From Myxococcota bacterium (GTDB lineage: Bacteria > Myxococcota_A > UBA9042 > PHBI01 > JAWLBL01), in the NCBI GenBank assembly GCA_041687695.1, contig JAWLBL010000041.1:1-50385 (forward strand): 50,385 nt of DNA, read 5' to 3'. Shown in pieces: positions 19,900 to 33,562 of the stretch. Position numbers and translations under genes: made by a program. Position 1 is the first letter of the stretch. The number at the start of each line of letters is the position of its first letter. The notes under the pieces are model-generated. The model did not search any database, had not been told where the DNA came from, and saw nothing but the letters and a program-made list of their open reading frames with translations.

Positions 19900-20964
19900 G
19901 TGGACGAAGGCCCCAAGTCGCCCAGGACACCCGAGGCCTCCGCGCCCACCTCGGAGGCGGACGTCGAAGCGTGCGGTCCGAGCACGCGGGAGTTCCCGTC
20001 CGGTCTCGCGCTGAGACGCCTGGGGAGCCGGCCACGGGCGAAAGGGTCGCCGAGCCCGTCCCGTGGATCTAGCGCGCCGGCCCAGCGGGACGCGGAAGCC
20101 GGTTCGGCGGACCCGCGCCAGACCGTCGCGGACGGCCAGGGGACCATCCTCGGGGTCCTCCAGCGCATGCTGCGCTTCATCGAGACCACGGACCAGGACG
20201 GGGCGGGGGCGCGGGAGCTGGTGTTCGTGTCCGAGCAGGACGAGGTCATCGCCGCGGTGCCGCTCGAGGGACGACGCGTCGGCTTCGGGGTGCGCATCGA
20301 TCGCCAGCTCTATGTGGACACCGCCCTGTCGGCCGAGGCCGAGGGGCTCGGGCAGGTCATCACTCGCTGGGCCAGCGCGGAGGCCGGCGGGTCGGGGGCC
20401 GCCGGCGTGGAGTCCCTGCAGCTGGACCTGAGCGTGGCCGAGCGCCGCGCGCTCTGCGGACTGACGGCGCGGGCGCTGCTCGAGGTGCTGCGGCGCGTGA
20501 GCCGCGAGCCGGCCCGCGTCGAGGTGCAGCCGCGGCGGCGGCCACCCGAGGTCATGCTGTCGTTCTCGGGGCTCGAGCTGCAGCTGTCGCTCGGCGGCCG
20601 GGTCGACGACGAGCCGCGCGACGTGGCGCTCGAGAGCTTCCGGCGCTGGTGCGACGAGCAGGGCGCCTGGCTGACGCTGCGGCTGAGCGACGGTCGCCTG
20701 TTCCCGCGCGCGCCGCTGACGGGCCCCGACCCGGACGAGCCGCAGTGGGACGCCGTGCTGGGGTTCGTCCACGAGGTGCTGTCGACCCGGTCGCGGGTCC
20801 TGGCGGTCGCGCCGGGCGCGGACCTGTGGACGCTCATCGACGGGGACGCCACCTGGGTCGTCGTCGTGGGGAGCGCGCGCGTCGCGGTGCTGCGGACGCG
20901 CACGCAGGACGCCGGGCGCATCCTGCAGCCGCTGACGCGCCGGCTGGCGCAGGCGGCCCCATGA
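19900..20964 (+). CDS. Hypothetical protein upstream of the kinase
   Basis: Host-like codon bias from ~20120 onward; GTG at 19900 preceded by GAGGG; disordered N-terminus; no motif recognised with confidence. Confidence 0.6.
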   Translation: MDEGPKSPRTPEASAPTSEADVEACGPSTREFPSGLALRRLGSRPRAKGSPSPSRGSSAPAQRDAEAGSADPRQTVADGQGTILGVLQRMLRFIETTDQDGAGARELVFVSEQDEVIAAVPLEGRRVGFGVRIDRQLYVDTALSAEAEGLGQVITRWASAEAGGSGAAGVESLQLDLSVAERRALCGLTARALLEVLRRVSREPARVEVQPRRRPPEVMLSFSGLELQLSLGGRVDDEPRDVALESFRRWCDEQGAWLTLRLSDGRLFPRAPLTGPDPDEPQWDAVLGFVHEVLSTRSRVLAVAPGADLWTLIDGDATWVVVVGSARVAVLRTRTQDAGRILQPLTRRLAQAAP

Positions 20965-21022
20965 CGACGCGCGGACCCCGCACGACGGGCCGAGCTGGGA
21001 ACCGAGCGGGGGAGGGGGGGGC

Positions 21023-22177
<1,155 letters not shown>

Positions 22178-22270
22178 ACCGCGCGCGGCCCTCGCTGGCG
22201 GCCACGCAGGCGCCGTCGACCGGTCGAGCGTGAGATCCGGTCCCGGCACCACGGAGGCCGCCTGGCCGGC

Positions 22271-24544
22271 TCAGGGCCAGGGGGACCCGCAGGCGTCGCG
22301 GCCGCCAGCGCGGCAGGCGGCGGTGAGCAGGGCGCGGGCGCGGACGGGGTCGCGGGGGAGGCGGTCGCCGACCTGCAGCCGGCGGGCGAGGGCGGTCTGG
22401 CCCTCGACGGAGCGGACGCGGGCGAGGGCGGCCTCGGCGGCGGCGGGCTTGCGGCGCTCGCGCTCGAGGATGGCGAGGTGGACGCAGGCGGCGTCCTCAC
22501 CGTCGGTGCAGGCCTGGTCGAGGAGCGCCGTCGCCTTCTTCGCGTCGCGGGCGACGCCGCGGCCGTCGCGCAGCAAGGCGCCGAAGAGGGTGCAGGCGTC
22601 GCGGGCGCCGAGGTCGCAGCCGCGTCGGAGCACCTCGGCCGCGCGCTTGGGTCGGGACGGCGAACCGTCCAGGCCCAGGTAGCGCTCGCCCGCGACCGCG
22701 CAGGCCACCGCGAGGCCCTCGGCGCAGCGCGCCGCGAGGTCGCTCGCGTGGCGGGCCCTGTCGTTCGCCAGGCCGGCGAGTCGGTCGCGGTCGAGGCAGC
22801 CCTCGGCCGAGCCCAGGACGCACGCCCGCGCCGCCAGCGCCGCCGCGCCGGCCGGGTCGACCGGGGCGCCGCGGCCTTCGGACAGGAAGCGGCCGGCCTG
22901 CAGGCAGCCCTCGGCGTGCCCCAGCACGCAGGCCAGCCGCGACAGGCGCACCGAGCGCGGGTGCTCGGCGCCGAAGCGCAGGTCGTCGGCCAGGCGCTCG
23001 CAGCCGGCGCCGTCGCCCTGCGCGCAGGCCCGCTCGAGCAGCGGCCGCGGGTCGCCGGTCACCCCCACGTCGCGGAGCCCGTTGCGCGCGAGGGTGTCGC
23101 CCTGCAGCGTGCAGGCGCGCGCCAGGCCGGCCTGGCAGGCCTTGTCCAGCGGACCCAGGGCGCGCGCCCAGCCCTCGGGACCGGCCTCGATGGCCAGATC
23201 GGGCAGCGCCAGCTGGAGGCAGGCGGCGGCTTCGCCCGCCCCGCAGCCTCGCTCGAGCAGCGTTGGCATCCGCTCGGGGCGCGCCTCGGCCAGGCGCCCC
23301 ATCAGGCCGGCCGCCGAGGCGCACTGGCTGGGTTTCGGGGCGCGGCAGCGGCGCAGGGCGCGGGCCGCCGCGCGGCGCACCGAGGCGTCGTCCGCCTTCG
23401 CCGCGACGGCCAGGCAGCTCTCGGCGTCCCCGGCGCGGCAGAGGTGCTCGGACAGGGCCGTCGCGGCGGTCACGTCGCGCGCGACGCCGAGGCCGCGGGC
23501 CAGTCGCTCGGCCAGCTCGCGGCAGGCGGGCACGTCCTTTGCGGCGCAGCCGGCGCGCGCGGCCTCGGCGAGGTGCCGCTCGATGGCCGCCCGGACCCGC
23601 GGCAGGACCGCGCCCGATGCGAGCCGCGCGCCGTCGGCGTGCAGGTAGCGATCCTCGGGCGGCCAGGTGGCCTTGGGGCCGAAGGCGCCGACCACGGCCT
23701 GGGCGAAGGCGTCGGGACGCTCGAGGTGCGGGGCGTGCCCGGTCGCACCCAGGATCACCAGGCGCGCCTCGGGGACTGCCGTGGCCACCGCCTCGGCCCC
23801 GGCGACCGGGACCAGCGGGTCCTCGAGGCCCCAGACGGCCAGCACCGGGAAGGGCCGCCGGGCGTGGCTGAAGGCCAGCCACTCGGGCAGCCCGTCGACC
23901 GCGAAGGCCCCGGCCGCGCGCCTGAGCGCGGGGAGCCGCTGCGGCCCCACGGCGCCGGCGATGCGCGCGACGGTCTGGTCGGACACCGCGCCCGGGGCCA
24001 GCAGCACCCTCGGGAGCGCCTCGCGCACGGCGGCCTCGATGGCGGCCGCGTCCCCGCCGGCCGCGGCGGACAGCACGCGGCCCACGGCCTGCGCGGCCTG
24101 GGGCGCGGCCTGGGACGGCACGAAGTTCGCGCCCTCGAGCACCAGGCCGGCGACGCGCTCGGGGTGCGCCGCCGCGAAGGCCGCCGCGACCGCCCCACCA
24201 TAGGAGTGGCCGACCAGCACGGCCCGCCGGACCCCGGCCTTGGTCAGGGCCTGGGCGACCGCCTCGGCCTTGGCCTCGATCGTCGCCTCGCCGTCCAGGT
24301 CCGGCGCCTGCCCGAAGCCGGGCAGGTCCAGCGTGACCACGCGGAAGTGCTGGGCCAGCCGCGGCGCGACCGCGGCCCAGGTCCCCTGGTCGTCGTAGTT
24401 GCCGTGGATGAGCACCACGGTCGTGGCGCCGCGCCCGCTCTCGCGCAGGGCCAGATCGGCGGCGCGCGCGCCGGGCGCCGCGACGAGCGCGGCCAGGGCC
24501 AACGCTCCAATCAGGGCCCAACGCCGTGACCGCGCCGCGCCCAT
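22271..24544 (-). CDS. Secreted alpha/beta hydrolase fused to Cys-rich Sel1-like repeats
   Basis: Signal peptide; LIHG, DLPGFG, GHSYGG nucleophile elbow, WGLEDPLV, GHAPHLE; C-terminal AC..G....C..L / GRGVARD repeats. Confidence 0.85.
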   Translation of the reverse strand: MGAARSRRWALIGALALAALVAAPGARAADLALRESGRGATTVVLIHGNYDDQGTWAAVAPRLAQHFRVVTLDLPGFGQAPDLDGEATIEAKAEAVAQALTKAGVRRAVLVGHSYGGAVAAAFAAAHPERVAGLVLEGANFVPSQAAPQAAQAVGRVLSAAAGGDAAAIEAAVREALPRVLLAPGAVSDQTVARIAGAVGPQRLPALRRAAGAFAVDGLPEWLAFSHARRPFPVLAVWGLEDPLVPVAGAEAVATAVPEARLVILGATGHAPHLERPDAFAQAVVGAFGPKATWPPEDRYLHADGARLASGAVLPRVRAAIERHLAEAARAGCAAKDVPACRELAERLARGLGVARDVTAATALSEHLCRAGDAESCLAVAAKADDASVRRAAARALRRCRAPKPSQCASAAGLMGRLAEARPERMPTLLERGCGAGEAAACLQLALPDLAIEAGPEGWARALGPLDKACQAGLARACTLQGDTLARNGLRDVGVTGDPRPLLERACAQGDGAGCERLADDLRFGAEHPRSVRLSRLACVLGHAEGCLQAGRFLSEGRGAPVDPAGAAALAARACVLGSAEGCLDRDRLAGLANDRARHASDLAARCAEGLAVACAVAGERYLGLDGSPSRPKRAAEVLRRGCDLGARDACTLFGALLRDGRGVARDAKKATALLDQACTDGEDAACVHLAILERERRKPAAAEAALARVRSVEGQTALARRLQVGDRLPRDPVRARALLTAACRAGGRDACGSPWP

Positions 24545-24545
24545 C

Positions 24546-25694
24546 TCAGTCCCGCATCCAGTGGCAGGTGTAGCCGCCCGGGTGCTTCTGCAGGTAGTCC
24601 TGGTGGTAGTCCTCGGCCGCCGTGAACGGGCCCGCGTCGACCACCTGGGTCACGATGGGGCGGGGCCACTTCCCGCTGGCGTCCACGCGGGCGATGACCT
24701 CGGCGGCCGTCTTCTTCTGCGCGTCCGAGGTGGCGAAGATGGCCGAGCGGTACTGCGTGCCGACGTCGTTGCCCTGGCGGTTGGGCGTGGTCGGGTCGTG
24801 CATCTTGAAGAACCACTGCTCGAGCAGCTCCGCGTAGCTGATCTTCGTGGGGTCGAAGACGATGCGCACGGCCTCGGCGTGGCCGGTGCGGCCCGTCTTG
24901 ACCTGCTCGTAGTTCGGCGCCGCGGTCGCGCCCCCCGTGTAGCCGACCTCGGTCTCGAGCACGCCCGGGATGGCGCGGAGGAGCTCCTCCATGCCCCAGA
25001 AGCAGCCGCCGGCCAGGATGGCGGTCTCGAGGGTCGCCTCGCAGCCGGGCGCCTCGCCGGGCGCCGGCGTCGTGCACTGGTTGGGCTCGCCGGCCGCCGG
25101 CGCCGCCTGGGGGGCGGCCTGGCCGGTGAAGTGCGCCTTCCACTCGGCGTAACCCTCGGCCTCGAGCTGGTCCACCGGGATGAAGCGCAGCGACGCCGAG
25201 TTGATGCAGTAGCGGATGCCGGTCGGCCCGTCCGGGAAGACGTGGCCCAGGTGCGAGTCCGCCCCGGCCGAGCGCACCTCGGTGCGGATCATCCCGTGGG
25301 TGGTGTCGCGTCTGGTGGTCACCCGCTCGGGCGCCACCGGCCGCGTGAAGCTGGGCCAGCCGGTGCCCGAGTCGAACTTGTCGCGCGAGCTGAACAGGGG
25401 CTCGCCGCTGACCACGTCGACGTACAGCCCGTCCTGCTTGTTGTCCCAGTAGACGTTGCGAAACGGCGGCTCGGTCGCGTCGCGCTGCGTCACCTCGTAC
25501 TGCAGCGGCGTCAGGCGCCGTCGCAGCTCGTCCTCGCTCGGCTTGTTCCACGTCATCGTCGCAATCTCCTTGGACGCCCCGGCGGGCGCCGCCCCGGCCT
25601 CGGGCGAGCGCGTCTCGGCCCGGCAACCCGCCAGCCCGACGGCGGCGAGCATCGTGAACCATGTGAACGCCAGCGCCAACGGTCGCGTGTGCAT
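24546..25694 (-). CDS. msrAB: Lipoprotein methionine sulfoxide reductase, MsrB-MsrA fusion
   Basis: Lipobox LAGC; MsrB motifs [31 protein letters not shown]; then MsrA motifs [36 protein letters not shown] before ATG 25694. Confidence 0.93.
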   Translation of the reverse strand: MHTRPLALAFTWFTMLAAVGLAGCRAETRSPEAGAAPAGASKEIATMTWNKPSEDELRRRLTPLQYEVTQRDATEPPFRNVYWDNKQDGLYVDVVSGEPLFSSRDKFDSGTGWPSFTRPVAPERVTTRRDTTHGMIRTEVRSAGADSHLGHVFPDGPTGIRYCINSASLRFIPVDQLEAEGYAEWKAHFTGQAAPQAAPAAGEPNQCTTPAPGEAPGCEATLETAILAGGCFWGMEELLRAIPGVLETEVGYTGGATAAPNYEQVKTGRTGHAEAVRIVFDPTKISYAELLEQWFFKMHDPTTPNRQGNDVGTQYRSAIFATSDAQKKTAAEVIARVDASGKWPRPIVTQVVDAGPFTAAEDYHQDYLQKHPGGYTCHWMRD

Positions 25695-25859
25695 CGCGTC
25701 CCCTCCATCCGTCGCGGGCATGGACTGTAGCCCGCCCCGCCCCGAACGGCCCGGCCCCGGCGCCGATTTCCACGGCGGCCCGCCCGCGCACTCAGGGTTG
25801 AGGGCGCGCCGCCGAAGGGGTAGAGGGAAGCACGCCGACACCCCGGAGGAGGCCTCGCC

Positions 25860-26720
25860 ATGGCGGACGTGCTCGCAGAGCTCATCGAGCTGCTCGCGCT
25901 CGAGAAGATCGAGGAGAACCTGTACCGCGGGCGCTCGCAGGATCTGGGGTGGGGCACCGTCTTCGGCGGCCAGGTGCTCGGGCAGGCGCTGTCGGCGGCG
26001 GTGCAGACGGTGCCGTCCGATCGCGCCGTCCACTCGCTGCACGCCTACTTCCTGCGCCCGGGCCGGGTCGACCTGCCCGTCGTCTACGAGGTCGACCGCA
26101 TCCGCGACGGCAAGAGCTTCACGACCCGGCGCGTCGTCGCCGTCCAGGCCGGCAAGCCCATCTTCAACCTGTCGGCCTCGTTCCAGGAGGCCGAGGAGGG
26201 CTTCGAGCACCAGGACGCGATGCCCGACGCGCCGCCGCCCGAGACGCTGAAGTCCCTGCTCGAGCTGGCCCGCGCCGTCGCCGACCGCATCCCCGAGCCC
26301 CTGCGCGGCCCCTTCACCGCCGACAGCCCCATCGAGCTGCGCCCGGCCACGCCCATCGATCCCATGCGCCCCAAGCCGGGCCCGCCCCACCAGATGGTCT
26401 GGTACCGCGCCGCCGGCCCGCTGCCCGACGACCCGGCCCTGCACCGGTATCTGTTGGCCTACGCGTCCGACTTCCAGTTCCTGCCGACCGCCATGCGCCC
26501 GCACGGCGTCAGCTGGCTCTCCGGCCGCATGCAGGTCGCCAGCATCGACCACGTCATGTGGTTCCACCGGCCCTTCCGCATGGACGAGTGGCTGCTGCAC
26601 GTCATCGAGAGCCCGACCGCCTCGGGCGCGCGCGGCCTGGTACGCGGCCGCTTCTTCACCCAGGACGGCCGCCTCGTCGCGACGACCGCCCAGGAGGGGC
26701 TCATCCGGCAGCGGCGCTGA
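25860..26720 (+). CDS. tesB: Acyl-CoA thioesterase II
   Basis: [57 protein letters not shown]. Confidence 0.96.
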   Translation: MADVLAELIELLALEKIEENLYRGRSQDLGWGTVFGGQVLGQALSAAVQTVPSDRAVHSLHAYFLRPGRVDLPVVYEVDRIRDGKSFTTRRVVAVQAGKPIFNLSASFQEAEEGFEHQDAMPDAPPPETLKSLLELARAVADRIPEPLRGPFTADSPIELRPATPIDPMRPKPGPPHQMVWYRAAGPLPDDPALHRYLLAYASDFQFLPTAMRPHGVSWLSGRMQVASIDHVMWFHRPFRMDEWLLHVIESPTASGARGLVRGRFFTQDGRLVATTAQEGLIRQRR

Positions 26721-26751
26721 TCGGTGCGGCGCCCCGCGCGGGCGCCGATCG

Positions 26752-27051
26752 TCAGTTGCCGAAGTTCATCGAGGCCGGGTCCTTGGTGTTGGACCGCGGC
26801 GGCGGCGGGCTGCGGAAGGCGTGGATGATCCCGGCCAGCACGATGATCCCACCGGCCGCGGCCAGGCCCAGCTCGAGATCCTTCTGGATGGCGACGAAGC
26901 CGCCCACCAGCAGACCGACGACCACCATCACGACCAGCAGGGTCGCCCCGCGCTGGCCCTCGGCGCCGCCGGGGGCGTCGATGCAGCAGCGCTTGTACTT
27001 CTCGCCGCTGCCGCAGGGGCAGGGGGCGTTCCTCGAGACGGCTTCGGCCAT
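26752..27051 (-). CDS. Small SEC-C (Zn-binding) motif membrane protein
   Basis: [17 protein letters not shown] followed by two TM helices; GGAG upstream of ATG 27051. Confidence 0.8.
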   Translation of the reverse strand: MAEAVSRNAPCPCGSGEKYKRCCIDAPGGAEGQRGATLLVVMVVVGLLVGGFVAIQKDLELGLAAAGGIIVLAGIIHAFRSPPPPRSNTKDPASMNFGN

Positions 27052-27271
27052 GACGGACTCCAGGGCGGGGCCGTCGGGTCGGAGAAGCGGTCCGACGGCG
27101 CGTTCGCGTGACAGGGCGGTCATCATGCCCGACGCCGGCTCGGGCGCCAAACCCGGGTCCGGCGGTTTCGTGACCGCCGGGTTGACCCTCACCCCGCTTT
27201 GGACCTGCCCGGGCCGAAGCTGCTATGAAAGGAGGCGCGCCGTCGCTCGTCGGCGGCAGGGGGAGACAGGC

Positions 27272-28858
27272 ATGAGAGTCGACTACGTCATCATCGGCGC
27301 CGGGATGGCCGGGACCGTGCTGCGCCGCTTCCTGAAGAACGACCGCACCGTGCTGCTCGATCCGAGCCCGGGCGGCTACAAGATCGGCGAGTCGATCATC
27401 CCCGAGCACTTCCACCACCCGGAGCTGCAGGCCCTGCTCCCCGAGGTGCAGAAGCTGCCGTCCTACTCGGCCAAGTGGGGCACCACCTTCGTCTCGGGCG
27501 ACAGCGTCGCCTCCTTCCCGCTGCCCGCCAACTGCACCGAGGTGGCGATGCACGTGGCGCGCGAGGAGCTCGAGCCGCTGATGCATCGCGTGTGGGACAC
27601 GCCGATCGTCCGCGAGCGGGTCGTCGAGGTCGACGTCGCGCGCAAGATCGTCCGCACCGACGCGAACACCTACGAGGTCGCCGAGCAGATCATCGACTGC
27701 TCGGGCCCGGCGATGGTCGTCGCGCGGGCGCTGCGCGACGTGCGCGAGCTGTGGCCGGTCTACGCGCGCTGGGCCTACTTCGACATCGAGGCCATCGACG
27801 ACGCCCGCTTCCGCGAGGACATCCGCCTGAGCGGCCGACGCTACCTGCGCTACGACGCGGTCCACGGGCAGGTCCTCGAGGGCGACGAGGAGGACGGCTG
27901 GCAGCCCTCGAAGACGACGCTGCTCACCCAGGTCGAGCCGGGCGTGTGGAGCTGGCAGATCCCGCTGCACGGCGAGAAGCTGCTGTCGTTCGGCATCGTC
28001 TCGCGCCACGGCAAGGTCACCGAGGAGCGGTTCCAGGCGTGGGTCGAGGCGAGCCGCGGCCGCCAGTACACCCTGCGCGCGCGACCGCGCGACAAGGCGT
28101 CGAACTACGACCGGGTGCACGTGCGCGATCACTTCGCCTGCGTCGCCGGCCGCGCGGCGACCATGGACTACATCCTGCTCGCGGACGCCTACGCCTTCGC
28201 CGACCCGGTCTACTCGGTCGGGACGGGCCTGGCGGTCAACAAGGCGATCGAGCTGGCCGGCCTGCTCAACGACGGCGGCTGGACCGAGGCGCGCTGCGCT
28301 CGCTACAACGCCGAGTACGAGCGTCTGGTCGACCGGGCCATCCGCGCCTTCGACGCCTGGTACACGGGCGATCTCTTCGCGCTGCCGTCGTCGACCCGCG
28401 AGGTCCAGCACAACTTCCTGGTCGGCAGCGCGTTCCAGGTCGGCATCGCCACCCACTACGGCGAGGTCCTGCTCGACGCCTCGCTGCCCGATCCGGACCT
28501 GGCCGGCCGCGCGGGCGTGCCCTCGTCCGCGGCGCCCGTCACCGAGCGCGTGCGCGGCCTGCTGGGCCTCGAGGAGACCGAGGAGCTCGCCGGCTGGCAG
28601 CTCACCGGCGCCTACCCGGCCCTGCCGGGCGTCCAGCTGCGATGGCGCCACCAGCACAAGCCCGAGCTGACCGTCCACATCGCCCCGTCCGACCGCATGA
28701 CGCAGTACTACCGCCGCGTCTCGGGCCTGGCGCTGTCGTTCATGAACCTGTTCGACGGCCCCTACCCGCTGGGCGACGAGGGCCGCGCCCTGTTCGACGC
28801 CCTCGAGCGCCGCGTCCGCGTCGAGGGGCCCTCCTGGCAGCAGCTCAGCGGGGTCTAG
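27272..28858 (+). CDS. FAD-dependent oxidoreductase, flavin-dependent halogenase-like
   Basis: GAGMAG Rossmann motif, KIGESIIP, KWG, DCSG, WSWQIP (WxWxIP), FADPVYSVG; true ATG at 27272 with GGAG RBS. Confidence 0.8.
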   Translation: MRVDYVIIGAGMAGTVLRRFLKNDRTVLLDPSPGGYKIGESIIPEHFHHPELQALLPEVQKLPSYSAKWGTTFVSGDSVASFPLPANCTEVAMHVAREELEPLMHRVWDTPIVRERVVEVDVARKIVRTDANTYEVAEQIIDCSGPAMVVARALRDVRELWPVYARWAYFDIEAIDDARFREDIRLSGRRYLRYDAVHGQVLEGDEEDGWQPSKTTLLTQVEPGVWSWQIPLHGEKLLSFGIVSRHGKVTEERFQAWVEASRGRQYTLRARPRDKASNYDRVHVRDHFACVAGRAATMDYILLADAYAFADPVYSVGTGLAVNKAIELAGLLNDGGWTEARCARYNAEYERLVDRAIRAFDAWYTGDLFALPSSTREVQHNFLVGSAFQVGIATHYGEVLLDASLPDPDLAGRAGVPSSAAPVTERVRGLLGLEETEELAGWQLTGAYPALPGVQLRWRHQHKPELTVHIAPSDRMTQYYRRVSGLALSFMNLFDGPYPLGDEGRALFDALERRVRVEGPSWQQLSGV

Positions 28859-28938
28859 GAGACTCCTAGGGGCCGGTCACCGCGGCTGGTGGGCGGGGCA
28901 TTGAACTGTCCGCCGAAGTCGATGCATGCTCGCGCGCG

Positions 28939-31047
28939 ATGCGCAAACCAGCTTCATCGCGTGGGGGGCCGGCCTTCGGGTCGGCGATGATCGGGATCCT
29001 CGGCCTGGCCCTGTGGGGCCTCGCCGCCGGCGGCTGCGGCGACGTGGTCGTCAAGTCGGGGGAGGACGTGGCGGCCGACGCCACGCTCGACGTGCCGGAC
29101 GCCAAGGCGCCGTGCGTCAGCGATCTGGACTGCGCGACCGGCCTGGCCTGCCGCGTGGGTAGCTGCGACGAGGCGACCGGGACCTGCAACGTCACCACGG
29201 CGCCCGAGACCTGCTTCATCGAAGGGGTGTGCTTCACCCGCGACCAACAAGAGCCGGGCGACCGCTGCAGCGTCTGTGACCCCGATCTGAGCAAGATCAC
29301 CTTCGTCAACCGGGTCTGCGAGGCCGGCGAGACCTGCAACCCCGACAACGGTCAGTGCGAGATCGGCGACCTGGCCGGCTTCGGCGAGCCCTGCGCGTCG
29401 GACGCCGCCTGCGAGTCGGGCCTGTGCCTCGAGGGGCCCGAGGGCAAGGTCTGCTCGCGCACGTGCCAGGCGTCGTGCCCCGCCGGCTACGCCTGCGTGG
29501 CGCCCGACGGGGGCGGCGACAGCGTCTGCGTCAGCCGACACCTGGACCTGTGCAGGCCGTGCCAGGCGGACGCCGAGTGCGCCTCGGACGGGGCCTCGCC
29601 GCTGGCGCGGTGCGTGGCCCGGGCGCACGGCGCCGGCAGCTTCTGCGGCCTGGACTGCCAGGCCGACGGCGACTGTCCGGGCGGCTACGTCTGCGAGGCG
29701 GCCGACGGCGAGACCAAGCAGTGCCAGCCCGAGGCGGGTGTGTGCGCGTGCTCGCCGCGCGCGGTCGCCGCTGCCGCCGAGACGGGCTGCGGCCTGGGCG
29801 CCTGCGCGGGCATGCGCTGGTGCGGCGACGACGGGCTGACCGAGTGCGACGGGCCCGCGCCGACGGGCGAGGTCTGCAACGGGCAGGACGACGACTGCGA
29901 CGGCGAGACCGACGAAGACTTCGCCCAGGGCGGCGTGCTGGTGCACGACGAGCACTGCGGCGCCTGCGGCGTGCCCTGCCAGATCCAGGACGGCGTCGCG
30001 GCCTGCGCGCTGGTCGACGGCGCGGCCGTGTGCCAGCTGCTCGGCTGCGAGCCCGGCTTCGAGGAGAGCGCGCCCGGCGTCTGCACGGCCATCGACCCGA
30101 CCGAGTGCAAAGCCGATGGCGACTGTCCGGCGCCCGCCGGCCCGTGCGCCCAGGTCGCCTGCGTCGACGGGACCTGCGCCTATGGCGCGGCGCCGAACGG
30201 GACCGCCTGCGACGACGGGGACCCCTGCACGTCGGGCGACGCCTGCCAGGCGGGCGTGTGCGCCGGGGCGGGCGCCTGCGAGTGCGTCGCCGACGGGGAC
30301 TGCGCCCTGCCGGCGGGACTGGACGCGGGCTGCGCCGCGGTGACCTGCGTGGGCGGCACGTGTCAGGTGCAGCTGGGCGGCGAGGGCAGCGCCTGCGACG
30401 ACGGCGAGGCCTGCACCCAGGGCGACGCGTGCTCCGCGGGGGCGTGCGTCCCCGGCGCGTGGGTGTGCGCCTGCAGCCAGGACTCCGACTGTCCGATCCC
30501 CGCGGGGCAGGTCGCCGCCTGCACGACCGCGGCCTGCGTCGAGGGCGCCTGTGTCTACGGACACCAGGCGGGCGTGTGCGACGACGGCGACCCCTGCACG
30601 ACGGGCGACGCGTGCAGCCAGGGGGCCTGCGCGGGCGTCGCGGTCGACTGCAGCGAGCTCGACGGGCCGTGCCACGAGGGGACGTGCACCGCCGGCGGCT
30701 GCGTCGCCGTGCCGGTCGATCAGGCCTGCGACGACGGCGACCCCTGCACCATCGGCGACGCCTGCGCGGCCGGGGTGTGCGCCGGCGCCGCGCTCGACTG
30801 CTCGGCCCTGGACGGGCCCTGCCAGATCGGCCTGTGCACGGGCGGGCTCTGCGTCGTCGAAGAGGTCGCGTGCGAACTCACCGACGTGGTCGTCCAGACC
30901 CCGAGCGCGGCCCTGTCGGTCGCGCCGGCGAGCGGGGCGCTGGGGCTGCGGGCCAGCGTCGGCCATGCGGGCCCGGTCGGCGCCGCCAAGGGCAGCGGCG
31001 GGCTGTGGATCCGATTCGGCTTCCATGGTGCGACCGCAAGTCCATGA
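28939..31047 (+). CDS. Cys-rich repeat lipoprotein (type C) with the shared C-terminal domain
   Basis: Hydrophobic segment ending [20 protein letters not shown] motif; CDDGDPCT repeats; start may be ATG 28988. Confidence 0.85.
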   Translation: MRKPASSRGGPAFGSAMIGILGLALWGLAAGGCGDVVVKSGEDVAADATLDVPDAKAPCVSDLDCATGLACRVGSCDEATGTCNVTTAPETCFIEGVCFTRDQQEPGDRCSVCDPDLSKITFVNRVCEAGETCNPDNGQCEIGDLAGFGEPCASDAACESGLCLEGPEGKVCSRTCQASCPAGYACVAPDGGGDSVCVSRHLDLCRPCQADAECASDGASPLARCVARAHGAGSFCGLDCQADGDCPGGYVCEAADGETKQCQPEAGVCACSPRAVAAAAETGCGLGACAGMRWCGDDGLTECDGPAPTGEVCNGQDDDCDGETDEDFAQGGVLVHDEHCGACGVPCQIQDGVAACALVDGAAVCQLLGCEPGFEESAPGVCTAIDPTECKADGDCPAPAGPCAQVACVDGTCAYGAAPNGTACDDGDPCTSGDACQAGVCAGAGACECVADGDCALPAGLDAGCAAVTCVGGTCQVQLGGEGSACDDGEACTQGDACSAGACVPGAWVCACSQDSDCPIPAGQVAACTTAACVEGACVYGHQAGVCDDGDPCTTGDACSQGACAGVAVDCSELDGPCHEGTCTAGGCVAVPVDQACDDGDPCTIGDACAAGVCAGAALDCSALDGPCQIGLCTGGLCVVEEVACELTDVVVQTPSAALSVAPASGALGLRASVGHAGPVGAAKGSGGLWIRFGFHGATASP

Positions 31048-31106
31048 TATAACAGCCGGTTACAAAGACGCTCGGGCGAACCCCTCGCGACCTGCCGGGG
31101 GTGCCC

Positions 31107-31136
31107 TTGACAGGCTGGCGTGACAGGGACGAGATT
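31107..31136 (+). promoter_or_regulatory. Putative promoter of cassette 1
   Basis: TTGACA-18 nt-GAGATT; the same geometry is conserved in cassette 2. Confidence 0.5.
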
Positions 31137-31164
31137 CGCGGACATATCGCAGCGAGCGGGTGTC

Positions 31165-33495
<2,331 letters not shown>

Positions 33496-33562
33496 GTAGG
33501 GGGGCGTTCGGACGGGTCGACGGTCCTGGGCAAGCCGGACGAGAGTCACGGAGGAGCGCGAG

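Noticed and set aside
27272..31047. RiPP or secondary-metabolite cluster around the halogenase-like gene
   Set aside because: No precursor peptide, PKS/NRPS, radical SAM or dedicated transporter is adjacent; tesB is a housekeeping-type thioesterase.
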